Source of the DNA: Octopus vulgaris
Taxonomy: Eukaryota
Direction of reading: 5' to 3'
NCBI GenBank assembly: GCA_951406725.2
Contig: OX597817.1
Span: forward strand, 6,014,001 to 6,078,000
Length of the DNA stretch: 64,000 nt
Position numbers and translations under genes: made by a program. Each line of letters opens with the position of its first letter. Within the stretch, counting starts at the first letter, position 1. Of this stretch, positions 1-13,641 are shown piece by piece. The notes beneath the pieces are model-generated. The model saw only the letters and a list, made by a program, of their open reading frames with translations, was not told where the DNA came from and searched no databases.

Positions 1-10
1 TATATATATA

Positions 11-215
11 GTTAATTCAAATAAGAAAGCACAAAAAAACACAACAACGCGAGGACGTGGAACAAATATAGTATTATTGGACGCTCAGGAAAGAAGGAAA
101 GAAGGAGGGTTTAACGTTTCGAGCGGAGCTCTTCGTCGGAAACATAGGAGAAGGAAAGATCCAGAGAAGGGAAGAGAGGGGGAAAAATCGCCAACAGTAC
201 ACACGCGGTCACATT
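11..215 (-). mobile_element. Short Penelope-like (PLE) terminal repeat fragment with hammerhead-like fold
   Basis: Near-identical to 17718-17900 and related to 18131-18335 and 13645-13800. Abuts (TA)n. The minus strand at 109-143 reads gttt-CCGACGA-a-gagc/gctc-GAAA-CG-UU-aaac. The PLE assignment is inferred from this fold and context. Confidence 0.55.
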
Positions 216-927
216 TTGAATGTATATACATATAGATAGATAGACAGATTGATAGATGAATAGATAGACAGATAGAGAGATTGACAGATTGACAGAAAGA
301 TAGGTAGACATTAGAATACGATTGCCTACGTATATGCGGCAACCATGGAGTTGCTAGATACCTTAAATACCTCAAGTAGCCCACTTGTAAGGTGACATCA
401 CGAACTTTGAAAAGAAAGAAAATGTGGATGCAATATGCTCGGGGATGTGATTGGAATGAGGAAAAGTATCCGGCCGAAGAAAAGAATGTCAAAATGGAGA
501 CGTAGAAACTGTCATCTGATATGCCGGACTCTGCCGAAGAGTCCAACACGTCAGCATGAAGGAAAGACGTAAAACGACGTGGGCATTGATGAAGATGACA
601 AGGATGATAATGATGAGGATGATGATGATGATAATGGTGATGATGACGATGATGATGAAGTGGAAAGAGAAGTATTAGGAATTGGTGGGTAATACATAAT
701 GTCTACGCGCATGCGCGCACATACACGTTCACCCCCCCCACACACACGTATATGAATATAGATATATTTGTTAAAAATGTACTTATCTATTGATTCACTT
801 ATGGTCAGTCACCTAACTTCCTTCATATTGAAAGCCCAGTACCCAGGCGTCCTACACGTAGATGAATCCTGAACTGAATGCGTACATATACATATATACA
901 CAAATACATGCCTACATATGTATATAT

Positions 928-1240
928 ATCACCGTGATCACCGTGACCGACCAGGCCATCAGATTATGTTACACATCGCAGGTCACAATGCGCTTCGCAT
1001 TGTTTTAGCTTTCAAATGACGCCACCCCGCTGGCTAAGCGAGCAGGCCAACAGAAGAAAGAGTGAGAGAAAGTTGTGGCGAAAGAGTACAGCAGGGATCG
1101 CCACCACCCCCTGCCGGAGCCTCGTGGAGCTTTAGGTGTTTTCGCTCAATAAACACTCACAACGCCCGGTCTGGGAATCGAAACCGCGATCCTACGACCG
1201 CTAGTCCGCTGCCCTAACCACTAGGCCATTGCGCCTTCAC
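928..1240 (-). mobile_element. tRNA-derived SINE
   Basis: The minus-strand head has A box TGGCCTAGTGG and B box GGTTTCGATTCC. The first ~180 nt are shared with 22550-22927. The 3' end is (cacggtgat)2, and atgtatatatat occurs on both flanks. Confidence 0.85.
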
Positions 1241-1279
1241 ATGTATATATATATAAAGCAAAATGTAACAAGAAAACCA

Positions 1280-1770
1280 AGGCTGTGTGGAATTTATATG
1301 ACATTCATAAAGAGAAAGGCAGTCTTACAGCTGTTTCTGGGATATTAGGATAAATCTATTCATCAGAGACGATATGAGAGAGTCAACTAGAGGGAAATAG
1401 TAGAGTTCAATATAAGGAGATACTTTGGAAAAGGATGGATATAAGAAGTATTAAGGGAAATAAGAGAACAAAAATAAAAGTAAAAACATATGTAGAATGT
1501 TATGGTTGCAGTACCACTTTCCTTGTGTAATACAATGCAGTTGTAATATCCTACATTCATTTTTATTTTTAGTTTTATTCTTATAGTTCCCTTAATACTT
1601 CCTATATCCATCCTCTTCCAAAATAACTCCTTATATTGAACTCTACTATTTTCCCCTCGTTAACTTTCTCATATCGTCTCTGATGAATAGATTTATCCTA
1701 ATATCCCAGAAACGGCTGTAAGAGACTACCTATCTCTTTATAAATGTGCCATAAATTCCACACCGCCTTG
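1280..1770. mobile_element. Foldback element, probably PLE-derived; ~140-bp inverted arms, each with a hammerhead-like motif
   Basis: 1280-1420 is the reverse complement of ~1620-1770. The arms contain gtct-CTGATGA...GAAAcagctgTA-agac. Confidence 0.65.
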
Positions 1771-2009
1771 GCTTTGTTGTTTCCTTTTATTTAACATATA
1801 CATGCTCACCCAAAACCCGCATTAGACTCCTCACTCGTATTATTATCGAACCGAGTGTCTAACTACGGTTCTCCCGTGGTATATATATATATATATATAT
1901 ATAGCCTTACCTGTCATCTTGGGTCTTCTAAATACCAATACCTCTCATATCATTACGCGCGCGCGCACACACACACACATACACACAAACACACACATAT
2001 AAATATGTA

Positions 2010-2058
<49 letters not shown>

Positions 2059-2629
2059 ATGTAAATATATATATATGTGTGTGTGTATATGCGAATGTAT
2101 ATACAGGCATGTATGTCTGTCTACAAAATACTATTTAGTATGTTAGCACACACACACACACAGACAGACATACAAAAATACACATACAAACATGAATGTG
2201 CGTGTGTGTTTATAGACCTCGTGTTTATATGATTTCGTGGGAACATTTGGAGATGCTTGTGCTTTATCTGAGCATACGCGTGCGATTTCTTTTGTATGCA
2301 CTGCATGCAATAAATATATGTCTTAATCTAATGATTTATTATTGAATCTTAGAAACATTATTGAAAAATAGGATCTCCTGTAGCGATTCTTTGTTAAATC
2401 ATCACACCAGGGACCAATAATTTCCTCGTTGAATTCAGTAGAAAAGCTAACATCTGTACGAAAACTAATGAGATTATCGTCAGTTTATACATAACTAAGA
2501 TTATAGTGAAAATCTGTTTCAATTTTACTATACAATTCATGTCTATGTAAAAGGAAATCTGTGATGAACAGACGCTATTCAAAAATTGTCAAGAATTGCC
2601 AATGTGCAGACTTCGTTGAATTGTTATTG

Positions 2630-2636
2630 GTGATGG

Positions 2637-2689
<53 letters not shown>

Positions 2690-2690
2690 T
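2630..2690. repeat. (GAT)n microsatellite
   Basis: Read directly from the sequence. Confidence 0.95.
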
Positions 2691-2703
2691 CAATAATAAC
2701 AAT

Positions 2704-2970
2704 GACAGAACGGTAAAGGTCATGCCTATAATAAATGTTACTATGGGAACAGTAAATAAAGATACAGACAAGTGGTTGAAGGAGATTGAAGTAGAAATGC
2801 CCGTTGGAGCTCCTGCAGAAAGTTTGTCTCTTAGGGACAGCAAAGATTATCAGGAGAGTTCTAAGGACTTGAAAGACTGCCGAAAAGTTGCAGATACTTA
2901 AGGTTACAGGTAGTAACCTGCTAACCACTTAATTCCTACAAGGAATGAGACAGAGCCGGAGCGAAATCAA
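2704..2970 (+). pseudogene. 3' fragment of an R4/Dong-like (REL-endonuclease) non-LTR retrotransposon
   Basis: Translates, with a frameshift, to VKVMPIINVTMGTVNK...ELLQKVCLLGTAKIIRRVLRT*, the typical C-terminus of this group. Followed by (TAA)n at ~2970-3045. Confidence 0.7.
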
Positions 2971-2989
2971 AATAATATTAATATTAATG

Positions 2990-3047
<58 letters not shown>

Positions 3048-3171
3048 ATGAACTAGTGAGTTTATTTTAATGGCCTACCAACGTATACTATCAGTTTCTT
3101 TGCCCTAGGAGTCGGGAAGACACTCGGGAAGAAATGGAAGCAAATTTGAAAGAAGAAGAAAAAAAGATAAC

Positions 3172-3219
<48 letters not shown>

Positions 3220-3709
3220 TGGACGGTCGTTATATCACAGTAGCTCACATACACGGTGTGCTAAAAAACAGACTTATGTGGACGAAGGAAGAGTAAGATA
3301 CATTTATTGAATGTCATGAAAGGGAAAAGCTGGAAAGAAGTCGCGGAGTAGACCGACGTCCCTTGAAATTATGGATGGAAAAGGACCTGTGTCCAATGCC
3401 AGAAAATAAGTGAGAGTGGCTGGGAAGAAGGGTTACTTAACTGAAGTAGAAATATATCGGGTTTGTGAAAGACCCTGCGGATGGGCTACAAAGGATGCTC
3501 GGAGTTTAAAACAGAGAGGTAGGATTTGAAAGCAGAGAGAAGAGTAGACAGGGGGAACAGGGAAATGGTGATGGGGCTGTTGAGGATTAGGAACAGGAAC
3601 GTTATACAGTGAACCCTGATACAGTGGTGGGTGCACATGCAGGGGAAATGAACCAACAAGATAATGAATTGTTTGTAATTCAGAGATGTCCCACCGAGTT
3701 GATACCAGT

Positions 3710-4150
3710 GGTAATTTTATGATTCAGTGCGTCCATGAGATAACAAATAGGAAGCCAGACATAGTCTTAATTGAGAAAGAAAGTAAACTATGCTGGACCA
3801 TAGATATAGCATGCCCAGCTGACAACAGGTTATGTGATAAGAAAGAAAAGAAAAGTCGATAGGTATGACAGGTTAGCTTGGGAGGTAAAGCAGTTGTGGT
3901 CGATGAAAAAGGTGGTAGTGGTACCAATAATTGTCGGAGCCTTGGGAATAGTGAATAAAAATCTAGAGAAGTACATGGAACAAATAGGGGCAGCAATAAG
4001 GGTGGAGCACTTGCAGAAAACAGCACTGCTTGGAACCGCTCGAATACTCCGGAAAGTGCTCGAAAAATAAGATGTGTTACCTTAGATCACTGGTAGTGAA
4101 CAGTTGACAACGTATACATCTCCAGCGTTAGGAGCTGTGCAAAGACAATG
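3710..4150 (+). pseudogene. 5'-truncated R4/Dong-like non-LTR retrotransposon, restriction-like endonuclease domain
   Basis: Reads NRKPDIVLIEK...IDIACPAD, then (frameshift, ORF 3834-4070) KVDRY...VVVVPIIVGALG...LQKTALLGTARILRKVLEK*. This is a PD-(D/E)xK REL signature. Ends in (TAC)n(TAA)n. Confidence 0.85.
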
Positions 4151-4240
<90 letters not shown>

Positions 4241-4241
<1 letters not shown>

Positions 4242-5450
4242 TTATTCTTTTATTGGCCACAAGGGCTCACATAAAATAATATTAAAGTACATGCAACAAC
4301 ATAAAAGACAAAAACGGGACAATACGATGGGTTTTCCGCGTGTAAACAGGATAAGTAACAATTGAACAATTTGAAACTCGCAATAGGGGAGGCGTATAAA
4401 TGTCCTTGTGGAAAACCCCACAAAATCCACGGGTGCCTTATCAATAGGACAACAACCCTTTTCCTTTAGTTCTTTCACAAGTGCACACCCAGAATTGGTC
4501 CTTTTACACTGGCCATTCGTCCAGCATTCACCCACCTTTCAACAAACTTGCTATAAGGCAACATTTCCCACTACACCTTCAAGGCAATCTTCACTGTGAT
4601 AACCGGATCCGTCTTACACGCGACGGCAGGTGTTCGACATAAACCCACAGGACAGCAATACTCGCACACTGGACTACGGCGTTGAGAACGGTTTCGATGT
4701 TCTGAGCGCCCCTCGGGCAGGCCCGGCTAACGGCACTTCCGTGCCTCTAAAGTTTATCCCGAACAGGCAGCGCCCCTCGGTAGCACTGCCAGGCAAGGAA
4801 TTTCTGGAAGTTATCCATAGGCTCAGATCGGAAAGTTCTCTGGAATAGACCAGCTAGTCGATCCTCATCGACGCCCAGAGTTTCCCCGAGAACGTCGTCG
4901 CCCTTGCCCTCTATAGAACGCTAGAGTGGAACTACCACCGACCGCATTGTCCGCCTGGCGGAAAGCTAAGAGTGCTTGACGGCACTCGAGCTGACAAGTG
5001 CCCCTTCTCTGTCTATACCTAATCCGGGTTTGCGGCCCAGTGAAAGAGACGAGCTGTGGAAAAGTGTGCCTGACAAACGGTGACCACACCTGCTCACAGT
5101 CAATGAAATGCTAGAGATGCCGAAACCTCATCGCATGTCTGTACACTAGCAGCCACGACATGCCCAGCCCTACATTCAGCAGCTGTTGACAGCAGATGGA
5201 ACACCTGACCAGCGGAACGCGCCCCTTCCACAGCAAACAGGACAAGGGTCGACACTCAAGAGATAATAGATGAAGGATGCGATGTACGCATTCGCCACCT
5301 CTGCCCGACCTTTCAGGGACAGCTTCCTCTCGGCCCATTTCTGTGTGAGATTTGCCACCCTGCTCGTCAATTCGTTCCAATTTTTCTCCATAAGTACAAC
5401 TGAGACAATACAAATCACGGAATACACCAACTATCACAGGAAGTACTCGT
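4241..5450 (-). pseudogene. Degraded 3' part of a Tx1/L1-clade LINE ORF2
   Basis: The minus strand gives WAERKLSLKGRAEVANAYIASFIYY (ORF 5176-5430), then IETVLNAVVQCASIAVLWVYVEHL (decayed Zn-knuckle). The 3' end is aaagaataaa next to a microsatellite. Confidence 0.75.
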
Positions 5451-6236
5451 AACAAAATTTCACGTATACCGTATCCGTTTCTGCAGACATTTGTATCGCG
5501 TCGGCATTAATATTCTACTCCTCAGTATTAGTAGCAGTCGAAATCATTTAGAAAGTTGTTCATAGTCCCACATTACTCGAGACTCTGAGGGTTTGACGTG
5601 AAAGAATCTCTGCAGATGTGCCTGGTTATCATGGGTCAAGTCACACCGAGACCCTCTAGTGGTGGTACTTTCCAAATGAAGCAAAAAAGATAAGCTATAA
5701 TCAGGTGAGATATTTCCTGAGAAAAGATAAGGTAGTTATGCGGTAGAACATTACTGAAGTGATATAAACGTTAGTTACATCGAGCCATCCTTTCGGAGAA
5801 GGCTTCTTCACAGTCCATGTACAACTCGCCACTCAACTAGTGATCTCTTTCTAATCTTCATCCTAGTGAAATACTGGTTAAAACAATACTCCAAGAATTA
5901 AAAGCGGATTCCCTGTCCAACGACAAATTCCTCCGCTCCTAATAAACTTGTCTTTCCAGGTACCGCGTCTCAAACCTGCCGAATTGTGATGGTTATTGCA
6001 CATTCACGTAATCTCCTGATATTCCTCCAGAATGCTGCTGTCTATCTCATTTTCTGATGTGTCCGACGTTATGATAATGACCAATGCAAACACGGCTGTC
6101 ATTTAACCCTTTTCTAGTGGAATGCCTCTGACCATTTCTAACTTAAACAACAAAGACATACTGAAGAAATATTCTTGGACAACAGAGTATGAGGAGTAAA
6201 ATATTATATATATATATATATATATTATATTATATC

Positions 6237-6421
6237 AAATTAGAGATAAAACCACTATTAGGCAAATCAAACAGTGAAAATCATAAGCCAATACATAGAA
6301 AAAAATTAATTTAAAAAAATATAAAAAATATAAAATATAAAATTCCAAATTAAAATATTTAAATTAAAGTTAAAATTTTAAAAATTATTTAAATATTTTA
6401 AACTTATAAATTTTAAATATG

Positions 6422-6482
<61 letters not shown>

Positions 6483-7883
6483 TATTATTTTTTTAGTATT
6501 ATTATTTTATTATTTTATTTTATTTATTTATTTATTTTTTTATATATTTAGATTTAAGATCTTTGAATTTTAATATATTATAAGTCTTATGGTGTAATGA
6601 TATTGTTTTTTATGTAAATATCGTTGTTTATGTAATGATCTAATTATCGTAATTTTTCTTTATAATTATTAGATATTAACTTTAAGTTTATTCGTAAGAA
6701 TTTACTTAGCGATAGATATGTTGTTTGATAGCAAGTATACGAGTTGTTTGTAGTTAGGTTTATGTATATACATGTATTAATAACATTAATTGTAGTTTTA
6801 AATTTCTTATAATTATTATTTTAACTTATCTATTGTCTTTTTAAATTGATATTTGCTAGATTTATTATTCCCATTGATAAATATATTTATAGTATTTATT
6901 TGATACTATATATAACTACGAATTGATTATTTCTTTAAGTATTTTAAATATAAGATTTCTGAAAGTTATTATTTAGCAAACGAGATATAAAGATAGTTAA
7001 TTTGATATAGCGTTCGTTTAAGATTGTTTGTTTGTTTTTTGAAATTAGCTATTTCATCTTTAAATATGAAAAATTAATTTATTAGGTCTTTATTATATGT
7101 GCATATATATATTTATAGAGATTATTTTAGATCTTAATTATAATATTTATATACATTTATATATTTTCATTGATAATTTATATATTATTTGAATTTTATA
7201 TTTTTAATAATATAATAGTTTTTTGTAAAATATTTATGTAATTAGATATTGACTATTACTGATATTAGATTATTGGTGGGTTTCTTACCTTAAAAATTAA
7301 TACTTAAAAATTAAAATTAATATTTAACATTATAATTGATGTTTTGATTTAATCATAATCGTTAAGTTTCTAGTTTGATAATAGAGTTTTTTATAAGTAA
7401 AATTATTATATTATTTATTTCTTAAAAATATTGTTTAAATATTTCTGATTACCTATTAAAATATTACAATTAACCTGAAGATTGACTGTAACCATAATTC
7501 GAATTATTAATTGTATTTAAATTATTGTTATTCGAATTGGTTACGGGCATGAAACGATTGTAGTGTTTTTACTATTTATCTTATATTAAACTTTTAATAC
7601 TTTTTGATAGTTATATAATTTACAAAAAAAAAAATAAAAAAATAATAAAAAAATATATATAATAAAATAATAATAAATATATATATATATATTTAAAATT
7701 TATAAGTTTAAATTATTTAAATAATTTTTTAAATTTAAACTTTAATTTAAATATTTTAATTTGGAATTTTATATTTTATATTTTTTATATTTATATTTTA
7801 TATTTTTTAAATTAATTTTTTTCTATGTATTGGCTTATGATTTTCACTGTTTGATTTGCCTAATAGTGGTTTTATCTCTAATT
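6237..7883. mobile_element. Extremely AT-rich element with ~185-bp inverted termini in (TA)n; probable decayed Penelope-like element
   Basis: 6237-6420 is the reverse complement of ~7688-7883. The interior has no intact ORF. The motif atttttccctgtaagttt at ~7933 recurs at ~20294. Confidence 0.5.
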
Positions 7884-7977
7884 TAATATTATATATATTT
7901 ATACTATAAAATTGGATTTAATCCTAAATCTAATTTTTCCCTGTAAGTTTAGATTTACTCCCTAATATTATTATTAT

Positions 7978-8074
<97 letters not shown>

Positions 8075-11000
8075 ATTTATTCTGACTACTGAACAGTTCT
8101 TGCTATACATTGTAACGCTCTAGTCACTGAAGACAGGCTAAAACCAACTGCTATTACAGTAGATACCAGGAAGCAATGATTGACTCTGTCGTATTATTTA
8201 GACTGAACTCAAGAGATACGAGCGCCACTGAAGCCAGGTACAGTACTGAGATTTAGTGCTAGCAGTTGTTTCTTCTGTAGCCACGTTTTCTTGTCTTCAA
8301 CTCTTGTGAACTGGAGAGAGGGATTTGGAGTTATCCGGCTCGCTTCTGTTAATGTGGAAGTTTCAATTGTTGATTCGTGAGTTTTACTTTCTGTCGCCCA
8401 AAAAACCATGATATGTTATCACTTGTCGTCTTTTAAAATATCGCTGCAGAAGGCCTGCTGTCACATGTTTAAGAGCTGGTCATTTGCTTTGGGTGTTCAG
8501 CTCAGATCCCTTTATAGAGCACAATTCTGTCATTATTTCGTGGTCTAGCGACGTCATGAGGGCTTGTGTGACAATGATGATCCCAACCGACCGCATATCG
8601 CCAAATGTTTCATGAACGAACACAGACCATTCACTCTTATTTGTCATGTAGCTGATCACTAAACCGGAAACAACATCGTGTCTGATAAACTTGATAGTGG
8701 CTCTTCTGTTCCTTCTTCCCAAATCTTGCAAAATTTGCTTATGGACAGGTGTTTTGCATTTTACTTGGGCGTGAATTTTCGCCCCGTCCTCTGATATACC
8801 GAGGAAAAATACGATGTCTTATGTCCTCTACTTTCCAATCAAGGATATCTCACTTAAAATATATGCTAAAATTCTCTGCAACTCTTATTTGCATGGGATA
8901 ATATAACTCGGTGTTTTCTTCATAAGGCAGTGATAATTTAATGTTTTCCTGTTACAGGCCTCTAGAATTGACTGTAGGAAGCTGAACCTTGTTCTATCTA
9001 CAAAGTGTACCAGAATCTGACGTCTTTCAGTGAGTTATTCTACATTGAGTATCTTTGTGTTCGAAATAACGCTTGAAATGATAATTTTTCGCTGTCCGAT
9101 TTTACACCTGAAGCAATTTGTACAAACGTTCTGCAATGTCGCTGTTGACAAGATTTCTGCAGTATGTTGTTATAATGTCTGTGTTTACTTTTAGTTAATG
9201 TTTCTTATTAATATTTTGCATTACAAATAAAATACATTGTTTTTCCTTTTTGTTCTCTGTGTATGGAATATATTATTTCGCACATTTTTTGTGTTTTTAT
9301 GTTGCAACGATACAAAAATACATAGCCAACTTTTCTGTCAATGATGTTATAAGGAAAGATAAACTTTGTCCAAGACACAATATTTATCTTTCTTTTTATC
9401 AAACCACATGAGGAGAGACTTCATACTATAGGAAGTTATCTGTTTGTATAACGTTGTGTGAAATTAAGAGTGAATACGGCAGCTGCACAGATGGTGGTAT
9501 GGAAATTAGAATAAAAGACATCAAGTAAAGATATAAGGAAAGATTATATTTAAATCCATTTGTAATTGAAACTAGAATGAAGACACGACAAATATTTAGG
9601 CTCACCTGCTCACACAGGAGTAAGAACTCACGAGATAGTTTGGATCATTTCACCATTCATCGTATTGTGTTCTGGAACACCAATAAGAACTCTTTAATAG
9701 TTTCTGGTTTGGGTGGATCAGGAAACAATGTATTCCGATTCACCATCTTGTATTTTCTTAAAATTAATAGTTTATCTTACGCTTGCTTATAATTAATGTC
9801 TCCTTCTAAACACTTTTCCTTGATTTCAGTGTCAAACTCTTGTCATCACTATATAAAATTATTGCTTCTATGCTATCTCGGTACGAGGCTAGAACCGAAC
9901 GTAGAGATGAGATGCACTATAGCGCTTTTGATGGATTAAATGGATGAATTGAATTCAGATGAATTGAGGAGAGACGCCAGTTGTTTTTGGACTTTATCAA
10001 AAGTTTTGAATCGATACAAGTGTAACGGAACACTAATGAAGCTAAATTTGTAACGAAAATATTCAATGGCGTAACACATAACGAGTAGGTTGTCTGTTAG
10101 GAAATCACATAATTCAAGGCATCTCTCGGTCACCTAGAAAACGACGTGTACTAACATCTTGATGAACTTGACCAAAATCTTAGGCTCCGTATGTGACAAA
10201 AATAAGGGCCGGAAATTGGCAAGCACAGATAACAATATTCACAATCGACTACCAACTACTGTAGACGTTTCCTGGTGATGTGTTTTCTGTTCCAAGTATC
10301 TCAATAAGATCTGTGGTGTTAGAAATTAGTGTAAAGCTGGAATGGAATGCTCTAACGTTGTTAGATTGTAGATACTTAATGCCAGAAATATTTTCAGTAA
10401 AATATATCACTTATTCGTAGTAGCCGGTAAACCGAAGTAATCCGGAAAAAAGTATCTTCATAAACGCCCACAGTGAATTTGAATTTATAATTCCCAAGCA
10501 TACAAGGCGACGTCTTATCCACTTGACTACGTATTTACTCATTCTAAAGAAAAACACATTTGTTTTTTTGCTGTGTTGGAATTAAATCAGTTTCTCTGAT
10601 AATGATCGTAGATCTATTTGTAGCAAAAGAAGTCGACAGCGAAAGTGCAGCATGGTTTACATTAGTATATAACGGAATGGTGGCTGAAATATGTGCAGCT
10701 GTTAAGTCTATTTAATGTCCTCCTGTTTGGCAAACATTCGAATTTAAATCTGTAAAGCGAAATAAGGACAGGATTAAGTAGCACAAGAATACTTATAATA
10801 TAAATAAGGAAAAAATAAAAGTCGATCGAGAAGAGAAAGAACAAAGATAAGCATGAAAAGAAGAGAGACGAAAAATAAGAAAGAAAATAAGAATGAACTG
10901 GGCGAGAGAAGACGAAAGATTCGAAGACAGAAAATTAGGATAAAGAAAAGTTGAAGATAGCCTGTAACTGCATTAGCTTCAAAACCACTAATTTTGATTT

Positions 11001-11727
11001 GAATGGACAAAGTTCCTTCCAGTGTGTCGCAATCAACCAACCACTCTCGCTATTTATGTTATTCTAAAATAACATTATCACCTATCAAAGGACAATAACG
11101 TGCGAAGAGAAACTCAGACTTGAACACGAGAGACATTAATAACATTTACTTAGTATCTTTGATTGCAATCAATACAGAAAGTATATAGTTTCAAATGTTT
11201 ATAGCTACAGTTTTCTTCCTAATACAGATCTGATCAATGAGAACGAGCCAATGAGGGATTCTTTATGAGGTCCTTTTACCTGCTAGAAACAGCAACCACA
11301 TCCTTTCAATTCACATCCGACCGTTTAAAAATGACTGTATTAGATAATGCAGAACACAGTTTAAACAATGAACAGGACTGACATCGTTGGAACGCTTTTT
11401 ATGATATACAAATTTATTAGTGCTGATTTGGTTGGCTGTACCCCCCACCATTGCCCTAATAAATGAAACGTGCTAATGTTAGAAATGCAGTGCATTCGCT
11501 ATTTGCTCCGACTCTTTATGACCTGTGTTCAAATCCCGTCAAAACCAACTTGCCCTTTCATACTAAAGGGGATCATAGAATAAAATACTAATCAAACATT
11601 AGATTTGTTTTATTGACTAATCCCTCACGGTAAATGTTTGGACCAATGACTATATTAGAAAAACATGTTAAAGGGATTGAGTGAATGTCAAGAACACAGC
11701 AGGACTCAGGATTAAGAGTATTTAGTT

Positions 11728-11895
11728 GTAGGAGTGGCTGTGTGGTAAGTAGCTTGCTTACCAACCACATGGTTCCGGGTTCAGTCCCATTGCGTGGCAC
11801 CTTGGGCAAGTGTTTTCTGCTATAGCCTCGGGCCGACCAAAGTCTTGTCAGTAGATTTGGTAGACGGAAATTGAAAGAAGCCCCTCGTATATACG

Positions 11896-11930
<35 letters not shown>

Positions 11931-12149
11931 GTGTGTATGTTTGTGTGTCTGTGTTTGTTCCCCCCCCCCCAACATCGCTTGACAACAGATGCTGGTGTGT
12001 TTCCGTCCCTGTAACTTAGCGGTTCAGCAAAAGATACCGATACAATAAGTACTAGGCTTACGAAGAATAAGTCCCGGGGTCGATTTGCTCGACTAAAGGC
12101 GGTACTCCTGCATGGCCACAGTCAAATGATTGAAACAAGTAAAATAGTA
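11728..12149 (+). mobile_element. tRNA-derived SINE with internal (TA)/(TG) tract
   Basis: A box TGGCTGTGTGG and B box GGTTCAGTCCC, followed by a ccttgggcaag body. The tail gaaacaagtaaaa is also found at ~57030-57215 and ~17910-18095. Confidence 0.85.
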
Positions 12150-12342
12150 TATGTGCATGTATTTATGTCCTTTGAAGATATTTGTTCAAATTCGACTGAG
12201 TCAGTATTCTGTTTCCTCTAGTCAGTCGATAAAAAAGGTATCAGATAATGTACTTTATATGCTCATTTCGTTCCAGCTTTGCCTTGTCACCGTTGTGGTC
12301 GTTATCATCTTTGACGTAACTATTTATGTAATATTTTTAATG

Positions 12343-12558
12343 CGGTGAGCTGGCAGAACCGTTCAAACTCAGGACGAAATACTCAGCGGGATTTCGCCCG
12401 TCGTTACGTTCTGTGTTCAAATTCCGCCTGATGTCAACTTTGCCTTTCATCCTTTCGAGGTCAATAAATTACGTACCAGTCGCATAATGGGGTACATCTA
12501 ATCAACTATCCCCACCCCCAAAATTTTAAACATTGTGCCCGTAGTGGAAAGGATTATT
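12343..12558 (+). mobile_element. SINE of the ggcgagctggcagaa / gttcaaattccgcc family
   Basis: B-box-like gttcaaattcc and body ctttgcctttcatcctttcg, shared with 15966-16367, 24222-24410 and 59060-59290. Confidence 0.8.
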
Positions 12559-12638
12559 TTTGTAATATTTTTACTGTCAAAAGTTACCGCAACGTATGAC
12601 AATGTAGAGAAAGGAGGCAAAAAAAGTTAGGATTGTAC

Positions 12639-12678
<40 letters not shown>

Positions 12679-12735
12679 CGGAGATGTACTCGCATAGCAA
12701 GTAATTTGATCTGAGATCGTGTGCTGAAACGAAAA

Positions 12736-13044
12736 CAATTGCAGCGTGGGAGGTGTTTATAAGCCATTTAAGAAACACACAAAAGCCGTTCGATTCACTC
12801 CAACATTTAAGTTTAATTTGTCAAAATATTTTCGTCGCTAAAATCCGCGACCTGTTCACTGACAAAGTCCGTGCTGCATCTAAGAAAGTAAAAATTACTT
12901 TCTTAGATGCAGCACAACTTTGTCAGTGAACAGGTCGCGGATTTTAGCGACAAAATATTTTGACAAATTAAACTTAAATGTTGGAGTGAATCGAACGGCT
13001 TTTGTGTGTTTCTTAAATGGCTTATAAACTCCCACGCTACAATT
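12736..13044. mobile_element. Foldback element in (TA)n with ~130-bp inverted arms
   Basis: 12736-12868 is the reverse complement of 12917-13044. The arms carry a hammerhead-topology motif. Confidence 0.7.
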
Positions 13045-13045
13045 G

Positions 13046-13084
<39 letters not shown>

Positions 13085-13610
13085 TGTGCAACTAAGTATG
13101 TACGAGTGTGTGTGTGTGTGTGTGTGTGTGTAGTTATCTATACCTACATGCATGTCACAAGGCTCTCTGACTCGCTCGATACATATGCATCGCAAAGAAC
13201 TATTTCTACCCGGTAACTAGCTTGTTATTTTTTGTGTTATGCTGTAATTTAACATCACAGCGTATCTATTTACGTTCAGAGCCGACCCGGTTATAATCTT
13301 CATTTGTTTAACAAAGTAGAACCGTGTATTCAAAACTACATGTGCAAATGTGTCATGTATGTTTTCAGTGAGATCGGATATGAGGAAGATTTGGCAACTA
13401 TTTCCCGCAAGTTACCGGTCACACAGGGTTTGTCTCATTGAGTATATAGTTATATTGCTTGATAAGTTATGTTTGAAATATGAGCAATCTTGTGATTTTT
13501 TTTTCTTTTTGGTGTGCATGTTGTATTTACTTTTGTGCTTTGACTTAATTTTTTTGTTATCCTATGACGCGTTGTCAGAGATTTTCGATAGCACTATGGT
13601 TGGAATTTAC

Positions 13611-13641
<31 letters not shown>

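Noticed and set aside
928-1240. tRNA genes at SINE heads (also 11728 and 22550)
   Set aside because: The A and B boxes continue into SINE bodies with TSDs, and no complete cloverleaf was seen.
8200-9200. Minus-strand coding-like stretch, possibly a decayed piggyBac-like transposase
   Set aside because: Only vague resemblance, many stops and no TIRs seen. A tBLASTn or HMM search would be needed.
9800-10780. Higher-complexity stretch that may be a decayed transposon or exon
   Set aside because: No recognisable motif, ORF or splice structure that I can support.
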